Source: a virus. From it: a stretch of 64,000 nucleotides of DNA. The stretch spans positions 1 through 64,000 of IMG/VR virus record IMGVR_UViG_3300017792_000017; one strand, written 5' to 3'. The translations under genes and the position numbers were made by a program. This document shows positions 19,243 through 26,531 of the stretch, piece after piece. Under the pieces are notes generated by a model, which had not been told where the DNA came from, did not search any database, and was given only the letters and a program-made list of their open reading frames with translations. How positions within the stretch are numbered: position 1 is the stretch's first letter; every line of letters starts with the position of its first letter.

Positions 19243-19496
19243 AGAACTGAAAGAAATCGAAAGATTTGTTACGTATCAGTTCGTTTGCGCAGAAACAGAT
19301 CCTAATCCAGAAGAAAGTCTTTGGGAAATCGTATACGATAGGATCTTCTGCAAGAAATGCTCCGTAAGAGTATTCGAACTTTGCAGCGATATGGGTTCAC
19401 GTTTAGACTATTACGATCCTGATACTTCGTATGAAGAAGATGCCAAAGCGTTTATCTATGCGTTGCGGGAAAAGATTGCCCAATTTGAGAGGTTGA

Positions 19497-20222
19497 ATGT
19501 CTAATCTTAAAGAAGAATGTCCTACACTTGACACCTCCAAAACGCGTCTTGTGTTCTTGGATATCGACGGAGTTTTGAACTCTGACAAGACTTTCATTCT
19601 TGCAGGGGCATGGCCTAACCTTGAAGTGGACTATGAAGCTGATATGGGCTACTTCGGAGGGCCGAGGGCTAAAGTTGTTAAAGCTCCGTATGTGAAGTAT
19701 CCCGAAGGCATTGATAAGTACGCAGTTGGGCTGCTTAACAAGCTCCTCGTTGCTACCAATGCTCATATCGTTGTCTCATCTACGTGGAGAGAAGGCGTTG
19801 ACATCTACAGTCTTAGGTTGGTGCTTGGCGCTATGGGTGTTGATCCTACTCGTGTTATAGGTAAGACACCTGAGTTCCGTGGTAATCGTGGAGAACAGAT
19901 ATTTGATTTCCTTCAAGGCATTAAAGAAAAACGTTACTACACAGGTCCAGACTTTTTCGTACAGAATGGAAGACTTATTCAGAGTCTATCTAAAGTACCT
20001 GTTACAGTCGAGTCATACGTAATTCTAGATGACATCAATGACTTTCTTCCGCAGCAAATGAAAGACGTTGTATTGACTGATGGGCGCGAAGGCTTGAGCC
20101 TTGCTGATACTTTGCTATGCGGGGCAGCACTCACTGGCAAAGACTTTGAATTGAATCATTTGATTCATGGTGAGGAATATCAAGGACGTATTCTCTGGAC
20201 TGAAAAAGAGAAGTATGAGTGA
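19497..20222 (+). CDS. HAD phosphatase of the 'Swiss Army Knife RNA repair' type
   Basis: VFLDIDGVLNS, IVVSSTWR, RGEQI, YVILDD, TDGREGL. Confidence 0.75.
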   Translation: MSNLKEECPTLDTSKTRLVFLDIDGVLNSDKTFILAGAWPNLEVDYEADMGYFGGPRAKVVKAPYVKYPEGIDKYAVGLLNKLLVATNAHIVVSSTWREGVDIYSLRLVLGAMGVDPTRVIGKTPEFRGNRGEQIFDFLQGIKEKRYYTGPDFFVQNGRLIQSLSKVPVTVESYVILDDINDFLPQQMKDVVLTDGREGLSLADTLLCGAALTGKDFELNHLIHGEEYQGRILWTEKEKYE

Positions 20223-20487
20223 AGAAGAAATCGCTGAGTACGGAAGGTCAGAGTACTTACGAGGAATTAAGGAAGGACGTTCTCAAGTCACTAGTGAAAT
20301 CGCTGAGTATAATAGACAGGAACAGCAGCGATTGAAAGAGTATTATGAGAGGCGAGAGAACAGAGGTTTACCCTTCTCTTAATTCAATAATTTAGTACTT
20401 GTTGGTATAAGCATATTGTGAAGGACATTCATAGCCACATCGAGTGTTCTTCATTTCCTTTTTATGTGGCTTTGTTTTAGGTTCAAG

Positions 20488-20751
20488 ATGTCAGCACTCA
20501 ATATTCAAACAGCAGCACGTAACGTAGTTCGCAACACTGTCAACCTTCGTCTTGAAAGCGATGTAACGATCAGTGATATGGCAGCTGCAACCAAGCTCTC
20601 AGAAAGCACTATCCGTCGCATTGAAAAGTTCAGCCGCCTTGGTGCCCTGGCTGGTAACTATCGTCCGCAACTCTCGACGCTGGTCAAGCTGGCTAACGCA
20701 GCAGATGTTACGCCGCAAGACTTCATTACGCAAGAACTTACCGTAGTGTAA
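20488..20751 (+). CDS. XRE-family HTH regulator
   Basis: LRLESDVTISDMAAATKLSESTIRRIE...PQLSTLVKLANA. Confidence 0.75.
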   Translation: MSALNIQTAARNVVRNTVNLRLESDVTISDMAAATKLSESTIRRIEKFSRLGALAGNYRPQLSTLVKLANAADVTPQDFITQELTVV

Positions 20752-20850
20752 GAAAAAGAATAAATCGCTTATAGTAGTATTCGACGGAGCGTATATATAG
20801 CTACGCTCCTTTCTGTTTTTTATCTCGGGAACAACAGAGGGCGATTCAAA

Positions 20851-21021
20851 ATGTTTAATGAAATCATTAGCGTTGTAGAGTACGAAGAAGGCTTTGCTCT
20901 GATCGAAGATACTCAGGGTAAATACCTGGCGACTAAGGACAATCCCGAAATCACATCACTAGAGTTTCCACGTTGTTGGCTTACTGACAATACTCGTGAT
21001 AGACTCTCGATGTTGACGTAA
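20851..21021 (+). CDS. 56-aa hypothetical protein
   Basis: GAGG RBS, ATG 20851, TAA 21019-21021. Confidence 0.5.
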   Translation: MFNEIISVVEYEEGFALIEDTQGKYLATKDNPEITSLEFPRCWLTDNTRDRLSMLT

Positions 21022-21024
21022 TAG

Positions 21025-21555
21025 CTGTGCATGGTGAGTAGGACATTTTCTCCTTCCCTTGATTGAGCAACCTGGGGTTATCCTACAGAATTGCTTTTTG
21101 AACCCCTTTTGGGGGCATGATGAAGTATAGAAGTAACGACAACGTTACTAGAAGTATGTAACATTCTTCGAAAGTTGTCTTCGCCTGCAGCGAAACCCAG
21201 GGACCGAGATGCTCTGGGTTCGAGAACAGCTCATCTAATATAGTTAACTATAAGTTATGAGCTGCAGGTGATGGACATCAAGCACCGCATGAGTTCATCA
21301 TGAACAACGACCTTCGGGTCGCACAGAGTTTGAAGTATCAAACTGGTTCAATAGCGATATCCGTTCTTTAGGGAAAGGGTTAAGTTGGAAGCCAGAGAGT
21401 ATCTGCAACAGTGCTCTACGTTGCTTTTCCGAAAGGCAAAGCAAAGACTCTACCTAGCTTGTAGCTAGGTAAAGCTAATTCTGGAGCTGTGGTACGACGT
21501 CGTCCTCTTGGCCAGGCACCCCTGGTTGGAAGAGACCGTCGTAGGTTCTGCACAG
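21025..21555 (+). ncRNA. Large (~530 nt) structured ncRNA, class unknown
   Basis: Terminal helix CTGTGCA/TGCACAG; nested helices 21116-21124/21294-21302 and 21182-21191/21261-21270; UUCG and GAAA tetraloops; strand inferred from neighbours. Confidence 0.6.
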
Positions 21556-21587
21556 AATGTGTTCAAGCTTATAGTTGTAAAAGTTTC

Positions 21588-21644
21588 GAGAGCCGTCGAA
21601 TTGGATTATCTGCCAAAAAATCTTCCAGTTCAAAATTCGCTTTC
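21588..21644 (+). ncRNA. Y-RNA-like unit 1 (short)
   Basis: GAGAGC-CG..GAATTGGA-TTATC...TCCAGTTC..GCTTTC. Confidence 0.65.
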
Positions 21645-21660
21645 AATAATTTAAGAAGTA

Positions 21661-21670
21661 ATGGTATAAT
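21661..21670 (+). promoter_or_regulatory. Promoter for Y units 2-8
   Basis: TTCAAT-17 nt-TATAAT with TG extension; unit 2 starts 7 nt downstream. Confidence 0.75.
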
Positions 21671-21677
21671 AACCTTA

Positions 21678-21742
21678 GTGAGCCGTTCTTATGTTGGGTT
21701 ATCAATTGGTGATTACTCCCCAGCATTATTCTTTTTGCTCAC
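21678..21742 (+). ncRNA. Y-RNA-like unit 2 (short)
   Basis: GTGAGC-CG...ATGTTGGG-TTATC...CCCAGCAT...TTTGCTCAC. Confidence 0.75.
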
Positions 21743-21796
21743 CCTCGCTTTAATCCTCGCATTGATTCTAAAGAGTCAGTGCCTGAATTAAAGTTC

Positions 21797-21928
21797 ATGG
21801 ACCGATAGAATGGTTTATCTAAACCCAAATCGCAAATTACAGGTTCGAGTCCTGTACTCCGCTGCAGTTGCGGGGTTGGTGAAATTGGTAAACACAGCGA
21901 TTCCAGATCCATTCGATTACTTGTCCAT
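21797..21928 (+). ncRNA. Y-RNA-like unit 3, YrlA type (permuted tRNA-Gly-like module)
   Basis: ATGGAC-CGA...TTGTCCAT; T arm ACAGGTTCGAGTCCTGT, looped acceptor ACTCCGC/GCGGGGT, then D arm. Confidence 0.85.
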
Positions 21929-21937
21929 TCCCATTTC

Positions 21938-22000
21938 ACGGGCCGTTCGATGCTAGGTTATCCCTCTTACTGATTCCCCTAGTTTCATTTCTTTGCCCGT
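21938..22000 (+). ncRNA. Y-RNA-like unit 4 (short)
   Basis: ACGGGC-CG...GCTAGG-TTATC...CCTAGT...TTTGCCCGT. Confidence 0.75.
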
Positions 22001-22010
22001 ATCAATTTTC

Positions 22011-22182
22011 AAACGAACCGAACGCATTAAGGGTTATCTACTATCGGAAAGTTAAACGACAGTCGTATCAGCAGTACTCGGAAACGAGAGATACTTCAAG
22101 AGGGTTAACATTGTTGTACTCTGCTTGAGCTAAAGCTAAGCTGGTGAATCCAGTATCTCCCTTGGCAAACATTTGTTCGTTT
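22011..22182 (+). ncRNA. Y-RNA-like unit 5 (long, non-tRNA module)
   Basis: AAACGAAC-CGA...AAGGG-TTATC...CCCTT...TTTGTTCGTTT with a ~120-nt insert. Confidence 0.7.
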
Positions 22183-22192
22183 TCTCAGTTTC

Positions 22193-22328
22193 GCTGAACC
22201 GCTTGTATTGGTTTATCTACTGTTAATAGAGAGGTCGAAGGTTCGAGTCCTTCTGTGGTTGCCCTACGGGTTGCCGCATAGCTCAGTTTGGTAGAGCGCT
22301 AAAAATTCCAGTACGCCTTTTGTTCAGC
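22193..22328 (+). ncRNA. Y-RNA-like unit 6, YrlA type (permuted tRNA-Asn(GUU))
   Basis: GCTGAAC-CG...TTTGTTCAGC; TCTA-CTGTTAA-TAGA, AGGTC, T arm, looped acceptor, GCTCAGTTTGGTAGAGC D arm. Confidence 0.88.
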
Positions 22329-22337
22329 TTCAATTTT

Positions 22338-22400
22338 GTGAGCCGTTTCGATTTGGATTATCCTTTTAAGATTTCCTCCAGATCACTTTCATTTGCTCAC
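22338..22400 (+). ncRNA. Y-RNA-like unit 7 (short)
   Basis: GTGAGC-CG...GATTTGGA-TTATC...TCCAGATC...TTTGCTCAC. Confidence 0.75.
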
Positions 22401-22408
22401 TACCTCTT

Positions 22409-22539
22409 TACGGGCCGTTAGTGTTAGATTATCACTATTCGGAAGTCGTGGCGTTGGTTCGAATCCAACTGCAGCCTTGAGGGTTGTATAGCTTAGCGGA
22501 TAGAGCACGTAAAATCTTCTAGCACGCCTTTTGCCCGTA
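22409..22539 (+). ncRNA. Y-RNA-like unit 8, YrlA type (permuted tRNA-Arg-like module)
   Basis: TACGGGC-CG...TTTGCCCGTA; T arm GTTGGTTCGAATCCAAC, acceptor TGCAGCC/GGTTGTA, D arm GCTTAGCGGATAGAGC. Confidence 0.85.
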
Positions 22540-22546
22540 TCCCCAT

Positions 22547-22924
22547 CATGACCTTTCGTATTTAACTTTGCAGTTTGGAAAGTGACTATAGAGTAACTCT
22601 GTAGGTATCAACTTCCCGCTTCCGTTGCGTACCACAAGACTCCGCTGCGCTACGTCTTGCGCTACTCCACTACAGCCGGAGATCCGCTGGGTCGCTTTAC
22701 AGCCCAGCATGAGGTCAGGTCATGACCGCAGTACCACTAGACTTACGTATCTCAAGCAGTTGTTAGATTGCTGGCTTAGAGTAACTCTAAGTTATAGCTT
22801 TCCGCTCTACGTCCTTCGGACTACGGCGGAGGAGATGATGAGCACGAGGAGCATCTCCAGGGCCCTGGTAACCAGGATCCGTAGATGTCTCAGCTCAGCA
22901 CCACATGTGGTAAGTTAGAAGTAC
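22547..22924 (+). ncRNA. Two paralogous ~180-190-nt structured RNAs (22547-22724 and ~22731-22924)
   Basis: Closing helices CATGACCT/AGGTCATG and GACTTAC/GTAAGTT; shared TAGAGTAACTCT hairpin (22589, 22777) followed by CTTYCCGCT. Confidence 0.55.
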
Positions 22925-22926
22925 CC

Positions 22927-22967
22927 GAAGGTCTGTTTCCATCTTGGATTCAGACCTTCTTTTTTTA
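22927..22967 (+). terminator. Terminator ending the ncRNA island
   Basis: GAAGGTCTG/CAGACCTTC stem followed by T8. Confidence 0.75.
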
Positions 22968-23007
22968 GTCGATTTAAACTTTGTTCCCTAAACTTAAGGA
23001 GCCTCAA

Positions 23008-24639
23008 ATGTCATTCAATACCCTCGCAAAGAATACCAATACCCGTACTGTTGCACGTACCACGCCACAGAATCGCCCGGCTGGTAACGCTCCGGTAGCT
23101 CAGGTCAAGAACAACGCTGGCGGCTTTGTATTTGAGATCTCTGGCCTTCAAAAGCTGGATCGATTCCTTATCATCGGCACGAGCGGTGGTACGTTCTACG
23201 CTAGCGAAAAGGACATCACGAAGCAGAACACAGATGAGGTCGTGAAGCTCATCAAGGCAAATGGCAAGGTTGTGGTTGATCGTGTGGTAGAGATCAGCCA
23301 AGCTGGCCGTGCCAAGAACAATGACTATGCGCTTCTGGTCATGGCTCTGGTCTTCACCCACGGTGACGTTGCAACCAAGATGTATGCGAAGGATAAGCTG
23401 AACCTCGTGGCTCGTACTGGCACGCACTTCATGCACTTCGTTGCATTCGCAAATGGTATGCGTGGTTGGGGCCGTTCGCTCAAGAACGTAGTTCAGAACT
23501 GGTATTCCTCAAAGGATACCGATAAGCTTGCGTTCCAGATCGTGAAGTACAAGCAACGTGACGGCTGGTCCCACAAGGACATCATGCGTCTGGCTCACGT
23601 CAAGCCTGGCACTGATCCGGTTCGTCAGAACCTGTACAAGTTTATCAACAAGGGTGCAGAGTCGCTGTCGCAAGGTGACCTCGTGCCTCAGCTTCTGATT
23701 GCTGCAGAGCAAGCCAAGACTGCAGATACGAAGACGTTGATTAAGCTGATCCAGGATTTCAAGCTCACGCATGAAATGATCCCGAATGAGCAGAAGAACG
23801 ACCCGAAGGTTTGGGAAGCTCTTGTGCCTCACATGGGTCTAGGTGCGCTGGTTCGCAACCTGAACAAGCTCACGGCAGTTGGTTTGATCAAGCCTTTCTC
23901 GGAAACGAGCAAGATTGTATCTGCCAAGCTCCACGACGTTGAAGCCATCCGCAAGGAACGTCTGCATCCGATGTCAATCGTAGTTGCGCAGAAGATCTAC
24001 GCGCAAGGCCGTGGCGATAAGGGTTCACTCGTATGGACTCCGGCCCGTACCATTGTGGCTGATCTGGAAGATGCATTCTACGTTTCGTTTGAAGCAGTAG
24101 AGCCGTCCGGTAAGAACATTCTGTTGGGCCTGGATGTATCGGGTTCAATGAGTGCTCCGATCAGCAATACGCCTCTGTTGAGCTGTGCTGAAGGTACGGC
24201 AATCATGGCTATGGTCACCGCTCGCACAGAGCCGTGGACTGAGATCCGTGGTTTCACGAGCGGCGCTAATGGCTTTAAGGATCTCGGGATCACATCCAAA
24301 GATACTTTGGCTACGGCGTGTGGTAAGGTTCGTGCGCACAACTTCGGTGGTACGAATTGTGCATTGCCGTTCGAGTATGCGCTTCAACATAAGTGGGACG
24401 TTGACGCTGTCTGTGTTTACACGGATAACGAAACGTGGTCTGGCGGCCAACACGTGTTCCAAGCGGTACGCAAGTATCGTCAGGGCATGAACAAGCCTGA
24501 AGCTAAGCTGATCACGGTCGGTATGGCTGTGAACAACTTCAGCATTGCTGATCCGACTGACCGCAATATGCTGGACGTGGTTGGTTTCGATACGGCAACT
24601 CCGAGGTTCATTTCGGAATTCATTGCTGGCAACCTGTAA
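23008..24639 (+). CDS. rsr: Ro60 / Rsr TROVE-vWA RNA-binding protein
   Basis: QVKNNAGGFVF..LDRFLIIGTSGGTFY, GWGR, VKYKQRDGWSHKD, MIDAS DVSGSM, TDNETW, IADPTD..MLDVVGFD; AAGGAG RBS before ATG 23008. Confidence 0.95.
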   Translation: MSFNTLAKNTNTRTVARTTPQNRPAGNAPVAQVKNNAGGFVFEISGLQKLDRFLIIGTSGGTFYASEKDITKQNTDEVVKLIKANGKVVVDRVVEISQAGRAKNNDYALLVMALVFTHGDVATKMYAKDKLNLVARTGTHFMHFVAFANGMRGWGRSLKNVVQNWYSSKDTDKLAFQIVKYKQRDGWSHKDIMRLAHVKPGTDPVRQNLYKFINKGAESLSQGDLVPQLLIAAEQAKTADTKTLIKLIQDFKLTHEMIPNEQKNDPKVWEALVPHMGLGALVRNLNKLTAVGLIKPFSETSKIVSAKLHDVEAIRKERLHPMSIVVAQKIYAQGRGDKGSLVWTPARTIVADLEDAFYVSFEAVEPSGKNILLGLDVSGSMSAPISNTPLLSCAEGTAIMAMVTARTEPWTEIRGFTSGANGFKDLGITSKDTLATACGKVRAHNFGGTNCALPFEYALQHKWDVDAVCVYTDNETWSGGQHVFQAVRKYRQGMNKPEAKLITVGMAVNNFSIADPTDRNMLDVVGFDTATPRFISEFIAGNL

Positions 24640-24659
24640 GTTGAAAGGTTGTAGTAAGT

Positions 24660-24688
24660 AAAAGCCGGGTTTCGACTCGGCTTTTTTT
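24660..24688 (+). terminator. Terminator after Ro60
   Basis: AGCCGGGT-TTCG-ACTCGGCT followed by a T-tract. Confidence 0.85.
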
Positions 24689-24702
24689 AGCCTTCTGAGA
24701 AA

Positions 24703-25257
24703 AAACTGGACACATGTCCAGAAATCTCGTTTTGTCCAAAAACCTCAGAGCCTTATAAACAAAGGGTTTGCGGGGAGCGTGTCCAGTTTGTCCAATTTCT
24801 CTAAAAAAAACTGGACAGCTGAAACCCTTGCTGCATAAGGCTGAGAGCCCGATTGTCCAGTTTTTTGGCCTTTTTTCCAAAAACCATACCTCACTTTCTA
24901 TTTGATAAATAAAAAAACAAAAAAGTAACAACATAGGGTTCACCCTAACAGTCCAGGAATATGGGGGTACTATATATATATTTATATTTGAACTTTTAAA
25001 AAATATATTTATATATAAGAGGGTGAGGTAACCTTTTTGCTAGTTTTTTATTTCTAATAGAAAGTGAGGTATGGTTTTTAGAAAAAAGTGAAAAAAACTG
25101 GACAAAATCGCTGTGAGCCTTATATACAAAGGCTTAGAGCCTGTCCAGTTTTCTAAAAAGTTTCTGGACAAATTGGACAGCAGTGCTATAACTCATTGTT
25201 CTATATACGTTTTCTCGTTTCAATGAAAACGGACATTTCTGGACATGTGTCCAGTTT
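24703..25257. repeat. ~555-bp nested inverted repeat with TGGACA iterons and AT-rich centre (candidate origin)
   Basis: Perfect 23-bp IR 24703-24725/25235-25257; perfect 24-bp IR 24879-24902/25056-25079; more than 12 TGGACA/TGTCCA. Confidence 0.8.
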
Positions 25258-25301
25258 CTTGCGAATCCTTGGTATAAGGGAGACGCACAGTAGGGTAAAC
25301 C

Positions 25302-25667
25302 ATGAGTAGTAGACTTATAGAAAAACTTAAAAGGTTGGCTCTTGACTCAGCTCAACCAGAAACAGGTAGGTATCGAATAGCAGCAGCGGTGCTTGATCGC
25401 AAGGGCAAAATTTTAGCCACTGGAACTAACTCATATGTGAAGACTCATCCTCGACAGGCTGAGTTAGCTAAGAAGACTGGGAACAGTCATCGTCACTGGC
25501 TACATGCTGAGGTAGCTGCTTTAGTAAAAGTAAAGAATGGAATCCCTGCCAAGATAGTAGTCGTAAGGGTAGGTAACGCTGGTGAACTTAGACTGGCTAA
25601 GCCCTGTCCCGTATGCATGATGGCTATCAAACAGGCAGGAATTGAATCAATAGAATACACGGTATAG
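25302..25667 (+). CDS. Zn-dependent cytidine/dCMP deaminase-fold protein
   Basis: HAE...PCPVC. Confidence 0.8.
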   Translation: MSSRLIEKLKRLALDSAQPETGRYRIAAAVLDRKGKILATGTNSYVKTHPRQAELAKKTGNSHRHWLHAEVAALVKVKNGIPAKIVVVRVGNAGELRLAKPCPVCMMAIKQAGIESIEYTV

Positions 25668-26531
25668 AAATGTGGACATACGAGAAGTAGTTAGTGATTT
25701 ATCAAATCTACTCGCTGAGGCTTATCGCGGGTATCCAAGGGGAGTAAATTTTGTACAAATTCAAATACTGCCTAATTTAGCAGGGTCAGGCAATGTAGCA
25801 GAGCCTTCTAATACAATTAGATGTCAATTTAGGCTGGTAGGTACGATCGAGTACTTTTATGTTCAAACTCATGTTCCTCTCTTTCTACAACGTAGAGAAT
25901 CGCCCGATTTCGCAGAGTTAATTGTTAGAGATATACGATACGAAGTAGATCAACACTTAGGAAATGATGACATGGCACAGTGGAATCAACGCCCAGATCA
26001 ACGTCTGAGGCAACAAGAGAATCAAAGACGTCAGGCTCGTGGTCAGCCTACTACAGAGCCTACTATGGATGGAGTTCATCCATCTTTAGCTGCAGTTCAT
26101 GTTGGTTTTGATGCTGCCCGCGCAACTGCTGGCATAGCTATACAGGACTGGTTAAACCAAGAAGGTCCCACTCGTAGACTTTTTGGGAATGATGCCAATG
26201 GAGCTATTGAGTACGCAACAGTAGCAGCTGCATCAGCAGCTACAACTGGAGGAGGTATGTGGGCAGCTGCCCCTGCTACCACGACGAATAGAAGTTTCTA
26301 CTACACTAACGGCAATTCTACGAATGGTACTAATGCTATCTTTGGAGAACCAGTTAGCGAAGCACCACTCACTGTTACTGAATCACAGTTGAAGACCATG
26401 CTCAGAGATCTCATTAAGGAGAGTCTTGATCTGCGTCTTAGCGTTCAGGAATCAGATGGCGAAATCACGGTAGAAGCAGAGGTATATTTTGATGGTGAGT
26501 TGATCACCTCAGACTCAGACATGATTCAGCT

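Noticed and set aside
21025-21572. RNase P RNA or tmRNA identity for the large ncRNA
   Set aside because: No GAGGAAAGUCC P4 motif and no tmRNA-like acceptor ends; ACAGAA...GCTTAT is only a weak echo.
21483-21600. Group II intron domain V (GAGCTG...CGTAGGTTC; GAGAGCCGT)
   Set aside because: The spacing is far longer than a ~34-nt DV, there is no interrupted gene or RT ORF, and GAGAGCCGT is explained as Y unit 1. A remote relationship would need cmscan.
21588-22539. CRISPR array or ordinary tRNA cluster
   Set aside because: Units share structure rather than identical repeats and no cas genes are present. The T arm precedes the D arm and acceptor stems are looped with no CCA, so they are not standard tRNAs.
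21489-22918. Track ORFs 21489-21791, 21739-21939 and 22625-22918
   Set aside because: No clear RBS, atypical composition, and they overlap structured RNAs.
22981-23007. TTG start for Ro60
   Set aside because: AAGGAG lies 6 nt before ATG 23008, the better start.
24620-24943. 107-aa minus-strand ORF, or a MITE/IS reading of the palindrome
   Set aside because: Low-complexity translation of repeat DNA; no transposase or target-site duplication seen.
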